Shown here: positions 14,101 to 25,975 of the stretch, in pieces
Position numbering within the stretch: the first letter of the stretch is position 1
Layout: every line of letters begins with the position of its first letter
Assembly: GCA_000934665.2 (NCBI GenBank)
Contig: KZ538248.1
Span: forward strand, 62,001-93,270
DNA: 31,270 nt
From: Catajapyx aquilonaris
Taxonomy: Eukaryota
Direction: 5' to 3'
Made by a program: the position numbers and the translations under genes
The notes under the pieces: model-generated
The model's database searches: none
What the model saw: the letters and a program-made list of their open reading frames with translations, nothing else
Told to the model about the DNA's origin: nothing

Positions 14101-17100
14101 CTCCAGCCAAGTTTCCATTGGAGACAAGCGTGGTGCTTGATAAATAGTTTCAGGAGCTGAAAGAGGTGTGGAATATACACTGAGTGTGGAATTGGGTGCG
14201 AAGAGGGGCGCCGAATGACTTCATCTTCTGGCATGGAGATTTGGTGTCCCAGTGGAGCACTTGCAGATATCGACGCTTTCATTCAGCCCTGGGTCTTTTT
14301 CTCTTTTTTTTTTTTTTTTACACACCACTAGATGGCGCTGAGACTGGTCCACCCGGGTGCGACAGTAGAGGGCGGTTCTTCATGTAATTAATCCTATGGA
14401 AGCCTCGGTGGAAGGCTATCCGAACTCGGAACCCCCAAAAATTCCATGTTTGCGCCCATAAAAGACCCTTCTCTCTTTGTCATCAGTTCCGGGGGGGCCG
14501 GGATCCGAAATCACAAGCCCCTTGGAATTGACGCACCGTCATCCCCTGGAGATTGTCGCGGCTTCCTGAGGCCAATTCCTGCAGCGGCCATTAAAGTCGC
14601 GGTCGGGTCCTGTTCTTTTCCCTCTCTCGACTTCACTTTTCCCCGGCGCGATATGGGACGAGTCTCTGTGGAGACCTCGGTTACAAAGTGAAATTGGAAC
14701 ATGCCTTCAGGGACCGCCATTTTTTTTTTACCCCACTCGCTGTTCCCTGCAGGTCCTGGCCAATTAGGGAGTGAAGCCTATATGAAAGGGAGGAAGCCCG
14801 TTTGTGGCTTTCTAGTATTTTCCAAATTGCCTCGGGAGATAGGCTTATTTTTTTTAAAGGCAACTCTTCTGGGGGTTAAGTTCTCGTCTTTAGGCAAGGT
14901 GCTTGACGATGCATGAATCCCTCGTTTGCATTTCTGCACATCAGGATCAGTTTCCTCGTTCATTATGTTAAAGAGGACTGGTAGATTCTGCGTTGGAGAG
15001 CAGAAACTCTGCATATTTTATTAGCGCCGATAACATGGTCCATCGCAAGTGGTAGGTTTCCTCTGGAGTAATGTGCCAGAAACATTAGGGCAAATAAAAA
15101 TGTTAGGCAATTGGAGCGGATGGGGAGACAGTCCGCCTGAGTGCAGGCGACTGCAAAAATTCGCTCGGAATTCGGGTTCCACAACGTTTGCGTTTTTTTT
15201 TTCAACCCTTTCATCCCGGTTCCCAGCGAGTGACGAGCTCTCGAAGAGACAGTCGAAAACGACGCGAGGTAATCAAGATGAACAAGCGAACACGGCTTCC
15301 ATTTGGCACCGTCATTGGACTGCGGTTTCGGTGTTGGCAAACGAGCAGGGAGGTCCATTGAGTGTAAGGTCTCCAAAAGTTTTTTTTTTAGTTGTGCCCA
15401 GGGTGCGATGGGCGGTATTACGCACATGCTTCTGTGCGGGCCGCATGCCAGAGCATTACAGGCCTGAGTAGTCGGCGACAAATGGCTCCGTTTCTGGTGT
15501 GTTGACTGTTTAGTTGGAGCTGGAATGTCTAGACTGATAATGGCACGCTGGCGTTGGATTCAATGGGAGTGTATAGTGTTGCACTGTGAGTCTGTACGGT
15601 CGATAGGGGAATACCAGTGAATTAGTGGCGACCCAAACTTTCGTTACGCCATTAAATATTGCGGACAAGGTGCTTGCGACCAAATTGCAGTCCTTGATTG
15701 GCAGACCATTTATGTGCCATGACAAGCGGAACAGTAACCGATTCCCAAGTATTATCGGTTTGGTGGCAAACCCGCAGCCGTCACGGCAAAAACCAACGTC
15801 GATTTCAGATGATCCGCAGAAAGCCACAGTCACCATGACGACAGCATTCATTCGCGGATGTTTTATTATAAGGTTTCGGCGGCTGAAAAATAACGGCGGA
15901 CGTTGCTCCGGCGGAACTCTAAAAAAAAAAAAAAATCGCCTACGGGCTGGATAATCATTTTTGCTCGCACATTTTGGGTGAGGTTCCAGAATTCTGGGAA
16001 TAATCAGAATCCAAGTGCGCATGACAGTGTTCGAAATGGCCATTAGCTAACTTGCAATGCTCGTGACGGTGGGGATCAAGCTGGCCAGATTTTTTTCCTT
16101 CCGGGTATGTCTTTCTCCCTTCCGCAGTTTTCCAAGAATAAGTAATAAGAGTGGAATTTGTCCGACTCAGAAACATTAGTTTGCACGCATGTGAGGGGTG
16201 AGATCTCGAGTATAGTGCCATTGTTAAAGTGTGGTTTATGGGTTTCAGCGAGTTTGTTGCCACATCAAATACATTATCATTTACTATTTATATGCTAGAA
16301 TTGAGTTAATAACTGCACCTGTTTAATTATTGGTTTTGCAGGCGCAGGCTAACAATTACCGCTAACTGTTGGCCTCTGAAGCAAAAACCGCACCTAGAAT
16401 TTTGATTAATTGGCGCCTGCCAGCCAATCGACCGCTATTTAGCAACAATCTGGAACGCCCGTGACTCACCCTGTACCCACATCTGCCAACGCGTTCAGGG
16501 CTGTTTCCCCGCCTGATATACGCACACTCGGCCGTTGCATACATTCCCAGCCAGATAGTACATTCCCCGGGTAATAAACGGCCATCTCGTGCACTAATCG
16601 TTTTACAGGCTTTGCTACCTAACTTCATTACTGCCATGGGAACAAGAACGGGAGTTGGGGGAGAACTTCTCCGAATTCAAAGATGCCACCTTCAGACTCC
16701 GGGTATGCCTGGAGTCGTCATCAAGGGAAAGTGTCCAGCTGGGACATGGCGTCAAAATGGTGTGAAGCAGTGGCTGGGACGAACCACTCGATACGGCCTA
16801 CCTTCAGCGAGTTGCCGGTAGTTGGCGTGAATTCCAGCCTTGTAGCCAGTCGTGCGACGGCCGAAGTCGGTGTCAACTTATCCCTGGTGTTAAATTGTCC
16901 ACTGCCAGCCAATACTTTGGGAGGAAACAGATGTGCGGTTGGGCTTCCCACAAGTCCCATCCAAATCGGTGGTGTGGCGGCCTCAGTCTTGTCGATAGAG
17001 ATCCCCCTGCTACCCGCACCCAGCTAGAACATTTAGAACGGAAGTGCCGGAGAGGGTGGAAAAGGGGGGTTGGTTTAAACTGGAGGAGTTAGAGACCACC

Positions 17101-17273
17101 GCAACCACAAATCTCTTCTGGGTTTCGAATCAGTTCTCTCCCCCGGGGGTGGGGGGAAGACAAAGTGCGGTCACACGCTGGAAATTCAATTTCATTTCCC
17201 TCCCCACTTACTCCCACTTTTTTGGGGGGTGGGTGGGAGGAGGTGGTTCGATTTTAAGGGGGTGCGGGTGGGG

Positions 17274-17511
17274 NNNNNNNNNNNNNNNNNNNNNNNNNNN
17301 NNNNNNNNNNNNNNNNNNNNNNNNNNNNNNNNNNNNNNNNNNNNNNNNNNNNNNNNNNNNNNNNNNNNNNNNNNNNNNNNNNNNNNNNNNNNNNNNNNNN
17401 NNNNNNNNNNNNNNNNNNNNNNNNNNNNNNNNNNNNNNNNNNNNNNNNNNNNNNNNNNNNNNNNNNNNNNNNNNNNNNNNNNNNNNNNNNNNNNNNNNNN
17501 NNNNNNNNNNN
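17274..17511. other. Assembly gap flanked by G-rich/poly-G sequence
   Basis: N run with GGG tracts on the left and poly-G on the right. Confidence 0.98.
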
Positions 17512-18497
17512 NGGGGGGGGGGGGTGAGTAAATAATTATTGTCGAGCATCATATTGCAAGTAGTGTAGTTTGCTTACATAGTAAAAATGATGTGTGCATA
17601 AGACATTGCGTGCGCGTGTTTACCTCGTTAGGACTGCACTTCCGCTACGATAGTCACGACTTTTTCCACCGTCTCGGGCAGTTTCTGATCATCATCACAG
17701 GGGTCTGGAGGAGTCCATAAATTATTAGCTGGAAGCCAGATTGCATGTAACATTAAGTCGAGAGTCATTGCACCGAAACTTACTGTTTATAATCGCATCA
17801 TTTTATGCGGTCATAAACTCTCCTATCTCAAAACCGAGTAAACACGGAGGCCCCTGTTGTGATGAGAATATCCCTATTGAGGGAATTAATAGTTTGACTC
17901 CTGAAACTACCAGAGTGGAGCTTTAGAGAAGTTGCAGTATCCACCCCCCCACAGGGTTTCCCCCCTCACTATTCAAAAAATTTCAAGAGCGGTCATCAAA
18001 CAGGTGGAAAATCGCTTCCCGGGATGTGTCGGTTAATTAGTCTTCAAAAGCCGGGCTTAGCTTCAAAGGCGCGCTTAACTTGCGCATCTTTTTAGGTGGC
18101 GCTGGCAATGGGAGGCAGATAATAAGAATTTCCCTAATTTAATCCCTCAGGCTATGGGCTCAGCGTAAAGGCCGGATTAATTACGGATTTAGCACTTAAT
18201 TCCTAGGCTTTTTGGCGCTTTAAACGAGTCGTTTTTTCCCCCCACAATTTTTGTACAGTATACATACCCAATATTTACATGGTACATAATGTTATGTGAA
18301 CTGGTGGTTCATAAATCATGGGGGTATGAAGAAAATGAAAAGTGTCCCGCCTTAGGCCCAAAATATTAAAAAACCAGGAGAGAGATTCATTTCCAGGTAG
18401 AAAAGGGTTTCCTGACATGGCCCCGGTTATCTGCAGGCAAATGGCCAATAAAGAGGCTTGCGACAGACTAAAAAGGGGACGGTGCCCCCCCCCCCCC

Positions 18498-18586
18498 NNN
18501 NNNNNNNNNNNNNNNNNNNNNNNNNNNNNNNNNNNNNNNNNNNNNNNNNNNNNNNNNNNNNNNNNNNNNNNNNNNNNNNNNNNNNN
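18498..18586. other. Assembly gap flanked by poly-C (left) and poly-G (right)
   Basis: N run between a C homopolymer and a G homopolymer. Confidence 0.98.
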
Positions 18587-18881
18587 GGGGGGGGGGGGGG
18601 GGGGATGTTTTTTGGAAGGGAGGAAAAATACAGCATCCTCGGGTAATGATTGTGCTCAGAGAGGCTTCAGAACAGTTAAACATAAATCCGATAAAAAGGT
18701 GACTGGTTAAAATTTAGGGCGGGGGATTTTTTTTGCGAAGGATTTGCGGTTGGGAGGGATTTTGCTTTGTTTTATTCCGAGGCGATATGAATTCCGTGAA
18801 AGGGAGGATTAAGAGTGTTTGATGCTGTGACCTATACGTAGTATACAAACCTTGTACCCCCTCTCTCAATGCCTGTTTACG

Positions 18882-18974
18882 CCCTCACGATTTGAGCATC
18901 GGTCGCACGACCAGACGCCTTTGCGACCGACCGCAAGGCGTCTGGTCGTGCGACCGATACTCAAATCGTGAGGG
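18882..18974. repeat. Near-perfect 93-bp inverted repeat (hairpin element, probable small MITE)
   Basis: The left arm 18882-18925 (ccctcacgatttgagcatcggtcgcacgaccagacgcctttgcg) pairs with the right arm 18932-18974 (cgcaaggcgtctggtcgtgcgaccgatactcaaatcgtgaggg) with one mismatch and one bulge. The loop is accgac (6 nt). Confidence 0.9.
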
Positions 18975-21900
18975 TGCTTTCCCAAGACAAACGTCGCGTC
19001 GTACCTACGCCATCTACCGGCGGGTGTCACAAATTATTAAGCAAATAATAAGGCACAAGACCAATCAATCAAACGAAAATAAGCGTTTAGTGGATTGCAT
19101 GCCACTGGCTGCCACGCATTAATAGGCGTCGCGACCTGCTCAATATTTTCCCATAGAAAGTTTCTCCTCCGACCATTTTTCAGCCGTCACAATGGCGCCT
19201 ACCTCGTTTAGAGAAAATCTCAGATTTCCTGGGACACTCCCATAAATCTGCCCTGTTTGTAGGGGCAGCCGCTGGGCGTCGCTAGTGGGCTAAATGCGGG
19301 GCATAATTACAGTGCTGACATAGGGTAATGAGATTTAGTCCTTTGGTGGACTTTGGGTGATATTGACGGTGAGGCGGTCGGGTGTGTCGAACCCGTGTCC
19401 TCCCGACTAAAAGGAGATTTTGAAGGGAAGGAAGGGGGGAGGAGGATTTGGTGCTGAATTTCTAGAGTAAGCATGGGGCTGAAGAGGGGTTCCACACTCC
19501 CAGTCCTCATTTTGGAGTCTGGAAGGTCCTCCCCTACTTCCCCTCTCCATACCTTCAAAGCCCCCTTCCATCTTTTCCCGTGGCATAAATTATGAACCGG
19601 AATTGAGATTAGCGGAGAAATTAGTTCCTGATAGGCTGAGACGTTCATGCAAGATTTAGAAGCAAGTTTTGGGAAGCGACGGGGGCCACGTTTTTAGAGT
19701 GTTTAAAAGGTGCTGAAATTGAGTTAATGCGCAAAAAAAAAGAGGCCCAAGGGGGATGAACGTTTAGGGGGTTCAAATGCAGTATTCATATGATGTGATG
19801 TGACGTTGTCGAGAGAGGATGACCTTGTGCCAGGCCTCCTGTTGAATGTTTTATTTTGTGATAAGGACAAAGGTGGTGTGTATTTTTTGCTGCGGAAAAG
19901 TTCTTGGTCAAGGTTGGCCAAATTTGGGTTCCAAAAATAGCATGAGGTATATTCAAGGCTGAGAGACTGATTCCAGAAATTCTCATCCGGTTTGCACTGT
20001 ATCATCATAATTGGCATGAATGTGCAGTAATAGCAAGCCAGACATGTTATGGCTGTGTCGTTTTTCATAGACGGAGGAAGAAAAGAAAAAAAAAAACGCT
20101 TTTTCCAGCGATTCCAAACACGAATTACAGTGTAGACAATTATTTCTCATGCTGTTCCAGTGATGAATATATTGGTCCGCCTGGCAGCACATGCATTTTG
20201 ACTCGGCATTATCTAACGTGCTTTTCAAACAATTCCTGTAGGTATCTAATACTGCATATTAGGGAAGTAGATAAAAGTAGCCTTGAAATTAATGCAAAGT
20301 AGGACTGGGCGCCTAGAAGGAAGGGAACGCCTGCGGTTAATTTGATGCCGCGAGTTTCATTACTTTTCTGAAGTGCAAAAATTATTCCAGTGCCATAGAA
20401 TCCGCTGTTAATGAAAGCGAAAAAAAATGGGTAGTGTGATAAGACGCCTTTAGAGTACGAGCTCTGATATCAGTCTGAACTTCCTTATACGATTCCACGA
20501 TATTCATCCATACTCCTCAACACTGTTGCCATTTTTGCATCTCCCTAATCGATCCTTGAAAAGCTCCTGTCGACCCACCTTACTCCAGACAAGAGCTTAG
20601 GCTTCCATAGTTATTGTGTCTGCGTAATGACTCCCCCCGCATTTGGAATTCCAAGGGCTCTAATTATGGTCACAGTTGGAGCAGACTCAAATTGTATGTA
20701 TGGTGCATCTGCTGCTACGTCCAGATTTATCGAGTTATCTTGGGTGTGGTGCCTTCTCGGATCATCTATGCTCCTGATTGCATTGGCTTCTCCCCTGGAT
20801 TTTTGTCCCAAGATGGATGAGATACCAAATGGGCCACACCATGTCTGCGAAATAGAGCAGGGAGTAATGCATGTACTCTGTCAGGGCATCGGAGATATCG
20901 ATTATCAAATTGAAGGCGGCCGGATGGAAGGCGTAATATCGGAAGGAAAACGATTAATCACTTGGGGTGTAAACACACTCCGGGTTTGAGTGCTGGCTAA
21001 GGGCAGACGGAATCGTTTGAGTGTGTAGATCGTTGGGGTGTGTTTACGAGTCAGCTGTGGCTTATGGAGTGCTGAGATGTGTGTCTTTTCCGCGTCAACA
21101 TGATCCATCGTGGGAGTCGGAAAAATACCATCTCTTTTCCAGCATTTACGATTCCTGGTAACAAAAACAGGTCGACTTTTCACTGCGGGTTAGGGAGGAT
21201 TTTCGGCAGAGTTCTGACCGCTGTTCTAAGCTGCTTTGCGAATTGGCAGGGGGATACAGCATCCCGTTTCTTTTGCTTAGGGAGAAAAAGTTTTAGGGAG
21301 CTCTTTCCCTTTGGTCGTAGAGTTTGCCCAGAATAAATTGGAATGGGGAGCTTGGACTGGGGGCTGGGCTTTAAGTAACACCTTCGGAGGATTGTGGAGG
21401 GTTCCTATAGGGACACACTGCCTAATGAAGGATCGAATTTTTGGATGCCCCTTTTTTTCTGTTTTTTGGATTGTCTGACAAGAGGCCAAGGCATTTTTTT
21501 TTCGTTACTTTCCCCCCTACCTTCCAACCCCTAAAAACCCATCCATCTTTTTCTCTCCCTCCCAAGTCTTTGACAGAGACGGAATTTCTTGTTTCGCTTG
21601 CAAGTCGATGGACGCGGGCTGGAATGTTCCTGACTTTGGGAACGAAGATGTCGGGAAAGTTTTTGGGCCTCCCTCTCTCTTGCAAGGAATTCGCGAAATG
21701 GCTCCGAACCACTTTTGGTGCTCTTTGTTTGACGAGGTTACTGACTTTCAGAAATGTGCTGACATATCAGATTTTTCCCCCATTTTTTTTTTTTTTTGTG
21801 GAACAGAATGTTTCTGTAGGATATATTGTGTACAGTTTTCGATAGGTGTCATCTGACTTGGAACTTTCATTTTGGGGAGGCCTTTGATTTATTGGGTGGC

Positions 21901-22038
21901 TCAAACTGCATTTTGTGACTGAAAGTTCTGAAAGAGGAGAGAGAGAGAAAAAAGTTCGCTTTTCTAATGGGGAAGGCTGAAAGTTGCTTTGATTATTACA
22001 CGAAGGAAGAAAGAGAAAAGGAGGGGGGGGGGGGGGGA

Positions 22039-22085
22039 NNNNNNNNNNNNNNNNNNNNNNNNNNNNNNNNNNNNNNNNNNNNNNN
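22039..22085. other. Assembly gap within a poly-G tract
   Basis: N run with poly-G on both sides. Confidence 0.98.
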
Positions 22086-23417
22086 GGGGGGGGGGGGGGG
22101 GAAGTATCCGCACTGACGTTATAGGTCGGAGGGGAAAAAATTCTTATTACTTGATGAAGAAGCCACGACTTATCTGATTTCTCTCAGTCGCGGCTAATCA
22201 GCTCGACACGTTCGTTACACTGGGTTTAAAATCTGGCACGTGGCGTGTTTTGAAATAAGCTAGTTGCTAGCCTCTTAGGGTCTACATGAGTGAAACAGCA
22301 TTGTAGCCTCTCACTCTGTCCTATACCCTACCTATACCCTGGTGAACCGTGAACATTACAACTCGTCGAATTTCTCGCTGTATTTGTAGTTATGACAGCG
22401 TACCCGTCCGAAGCGGGTTAAGGTGAACCAACGACCCTGTAATTTGCAACGAGGATGCTTTACTAGGATATAGAATTATAGCCCTAATAGTCCGGACCGT
22501 ACAGATAGAGGCTTTTGGAGCCGGTTTCATTAGCATAATGCGTCCATTGTGTTGCCCCATGTTTTAAACATGGAAGGAGCTTTAAGCCACGTTGATTATT
22601 ACGTCTCCAGATCCAGCCAGCTTGGCCTAATTACGCGAACTGGTTTTTCGACAAGTCTCTCGAAATTTCGTCTCCGCAAGAGTGGGGTTTTTTGAAATGC
22701 CCCGGATCCTTAAGAGATAGGCAACTTCAAGATATCTCCTTGTCGTGCAGGGCAGACGCTCATCAGGGGGAGGTTTAAGAGCCGAAAATAACGAACCTTG
22801 GAGCATCCCAAATGCGGAGGACACTTATGAACCCGCCTAACGATCGTCGCTTACGGTTAAGGGTCCAGGGGAGGAGGAGGTGGGGGAAGCAAATCCCTTC
22901 GTTCCGAGCTGATTTCATCCAAGGAGGGTTTTTTTTTTCTTGGAGAATGGCGTCCTTTTTCTGCTGGATGTTTGCAGTGGAGTCAAGAGGGCAGGGTCAA
23001 GATGGTCCCCGCAATATTGGAATACTTCAAAAGAGCAAAGTAAATCCGATCCCTCATTGCATGGTGTGTGCGTGTATATATATAGTGTTGGCATCCAATA
23101 GAGGATCTCCGCATTGCTGCTGTTTCTGCGGGGGAAATGCGAGGCTAACGCGTGCAAAATGCTTTCTGATTCCGTTTACGAGAGGAACAATCTGAGGGAC
23201 GCGACTGTGTAGACGTGTAGAGCGTGAGAAGTATGCCTGCAGACCTTTGGAGACAATTGGATGAGGGCGTGAGGCGGCGCTTTGCGTAGTAATAGAGCGC
23301 CTTAGGGTACGAAAGGGGTTAATGGGTCACAAGCCTCCTTACCAATATCGTTAGCCGGTGTTGAAGTGGCCATCTGATCTTAAGAGGTTCTCATGTTTTT
23401 TTTTCTTTTTCTTGCAG

Positions 23418-23524
23418 GTATCACCCGCTTGCCCGTGTTGGAGGGCGAGATCAGCCACATCGAAATTCCACGCACGGCTTCCAACCTTGGCATCGCGATC
23501 GTCGGAGGCGCCGATACACCTCTG
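23418..23524 (+). CDS. LNX1/2-like: LNX1/2-like multi-PDZ protein, internal coding exon A (pre-PDZ1 segment and first strands of PDZ1)
   Basis: Acceptor is a pyrimidine tract (tttttttctttttcttgcAG, AG at 23416-23417) and the donor is GTAAGC at 23525. After 2 nt that complete a split codon it reads ITRLPVLEGEISHIEIPRTASNLGIAIVGGADTPL, which includes a PDZ carboxylate-loop-like LGIAIVGG and the GG.xTPL typical of LNX PDZ1. It ends in phase 0, matching exon B. It is absent from the ORF track and was read by hand. Confidence 0.88.
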
Positions 23525-23874
23525 GTAAGCCTGCCTTCTTGCTTCAACCCCCCACTTTTCTCATTTACATAGTAATGCGCCTGGACTGCTGAGATGCTGG
23601 ATAGCCCCTCTCTTCCTATCAGTGCACTTTGCCGTCCTAACCTACAGGTCCTGCAGCCCATAAATGGCGCAGCCGGTAGGATTCACTATAGGTCCAACAA
23701 TACTATATAGGCCCCGCAACTGTATGGAGTGACTGGAAAGAGGAAGGAATAGGGATGGAAAAGGGGCATGATATGGCGTTGGCAGGCCAAATACGTTCTC
23801 GGCTGTCAAAATCAGCTTTTCCTCCCCGCTGATTTTTGCTCCCATGATGCTCTTCGATGAGATGAACGAGATGA

Positions 23875-23894
23875 GATGGATGGATGGATGGATG
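23875..23894. repeat. (GATG)5 microsatellite preceded by degenerate GAGAT units
   Basis: gatggatggatggatggatg read directly from the sequence. Confidence 0.85.
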
Positions 23895-24077
23895 GGGTTT
23901 GCCAAATCCTGGCTTGGCTCAGGCCCACACTTTTGCTTGCGGCTCGAGATCAATAGGAACGATTGCGTTTGTGACCCAGGTCTGTCTGTTTTTCCTCCGG
24001 GATGCTGATACCTATAGGTTTGACTGTTTACATACCTCCATCCTATCGATAGATGTGCATGTACCACACTTTTCCTG

Positions 24078-24080
<3 letters not shown>

Positions 24081-24147
<67 letters not shown>
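24081..24147. repeat. (CT)n microsatellite, ~33 units, in intron A-B
   Basis: Uninterrupted ctct... run read directly from the sequence. Confidence 0.98.
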
Positions 24148-24148
<1 letters not shown>

Positions 24149-25749
24149 AGTAAGAGCGTTTGAGTGTGGGGCTCTCCTACTAGCAAATGGACAAGGTGTT
24201 GGAGGGAATAATAGGTAGGAAAGGGAAGTTCTTATGTGCTGCACTACACGGCCTTCCCCGCAACAAAGGAAGCCCACTCGTGTGGAACCAGAGGAGAAAA
24301 TGGCACTTTGGTGCTCAGGACTTGAACCTTTTGAAGGGAGGAGCCCTGTTTCGGCAAGGGCCCCATTTTAGTTGCAAAACATCTCCACCGAGTTGAGCGT
24401 ACGAATGAGATGAAACCCAGGGAGGGTTGCGTTGCTGAGCAGGTAATTTCTGGAGGAGGTGGACCGTGGCTTTCTGTTAGGCGAATTTTTAAAAAAGGCT
24501 GCCACAAGACTGATTACAAAGCATGTAGCCTCCAACACAGGCCCAGGCGACATATCCGTACCCTCAGCTCTCCAGCAATAAGTGCCTTTTCGGTCACTCG
24601 AGCGGAATTCTTTGCGTTTTTAGCCCCTTTCTCCAGAAGTCAGGTCTAACGATTTTTGAAACAACAGCCGTCCACAATGGAAGGCGAGGTGAACACCCGT
24701 GGAGGATTTACAAACGTATATAATTCGAGCGCGGAGCATTGCCTTCATTAAACATTTAATCCATAAATTCCCAGGTCAATTTCCATAACTGAGAGCAACT
24801 TGAACATGCCAGAGGTCGGGCACAAAGGACGCTGAAGTGGGTGAGGGGGGGCGAAATTAATGAGAGCAGAATCGCCGGTTGTATAAACCGGTGTCAATGC
24901 GTTGGGGGGGGGNCTCGGGGGCAATTAACTAAGTAAACGGTGGAGGAAAAGCGACATTGGCGGGAATATTTCCTCCATTTTTGCCAGAGCGAAGTGGTGG
25001 GGTATAGGCGGATTTCCTTTTCCTTGGTGACCTGGCGGGACACAAAAAAAAGAGTCATTCAGGTTGAGGGTATATAGGGTGGCATAGAGCCAAATGGCGT
25101 TCTTTTCGGAGGCGGGAAAAGTTCACCTGGGAAATTTGGAGAAACTGGCAGAAAGTTTTGGTTTACTGCTGAAAATGGGGGTAGTAAAGCTGCTGACATT
25201 GTTTGGAAAGAGGAGGCCACGTGCCAAGGGCAATTATGATTGCCCTGGACACACGCAAGCAAGTGGCTAGAGCTGTTTTGGTAGTCCAGGGGCGCTTTCA
25301 TGCTGATTAGGGGATGGCCTCTGACGGTGACGTGAGGTGGAGGAGGAATTGGTCCGGCCCTGGGTTCAAAGCAGGTGCCGATTCCGCTTCGTGGTCCGCT
25401 GGGAGCTGGAGGGTTCAAACGAGAGAGCTATTTCATTTGTGCCCCGTAAGTCATCTCGCTGGCCATTTGCATGGGAGATGGGGATGCCCTGCGGACATGG
25501 AGTGGTGGCGACGCATCTTGCCAGAAAATGCGGTGTCTCTTGCGGTTCATCTCAGAGTCCAGTGAGACGCCCCCAGTTGGCTCCATGGCAATTAAGGCCC
25601 TGGGATGTTCTTCCAGTCCCCATCTCAAAAAAAAATCTCCTCAGCCCCGGAAATGAGCCTCGTCTGCTCACAGCCCTCTTGGCTCCTTCTAATGCATAAG
25701 AAGTTGGAAAAAGAAGGGAAATCTCTAAAAGCCTTTTCTTCTCTTGCAG

Positions 25750-25975
25750 CGTTGTGTGGTGGTGCAAGAAGTGTTTCCAACGGGTCTGATAGCTCAGGAT
25801 GGCCGATTGCAGCCAGGTGACCAACTTATTGAGATCAATGGGATGGACATGACGCATGCAACGCACCACCAGGCGTGCCAGGCCCTGAGGAAGATGTACC
25901 CGCTGCTGCGGTTGGGAGTCTACCGGGAGAGGATTGAGGCTTACAACGCTAGGAGCTCCAACCATTACGTTGAAG
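25750..25975 (+). CDS. LNX1/2-like: LNX1/2-like, coding exon B (remainder of PDZ1)
   Basis: Acceptor ccttttcttctcttgcAG (25748-25749) and donor G|GTGAG at 25976. It encodes RCVVVQEVFPTGLIAQDGRLQPGDQLIEINGMDMTHATHHQACQALRKMYPLLRLGVYRERIEAYNARSSNHYVE, with the classic PDZ DGRLxxGDxxxxING motif. Phase 0 in, phase 1 out. Confidence 0.92.

Noticed and set aside
88..23195. Many 60-216 aa ORFs on both strands, including 2802..3452(-), 14963..15481(-) and 15510..16043(-)
   Set aside because: None has a recognisable domain. They are rich in homopolymer-derived F/K/G/P runs and overlap in multiple frames, as expected for non-coding DNA of moderate GC content.
23642..24277. 211-aa minus-strand ORF with an (RE)n run, and the + strand (SL)n ORF
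   Set aside because: Both are kept open by the (CT)n microsatellite and have no protein-like content.
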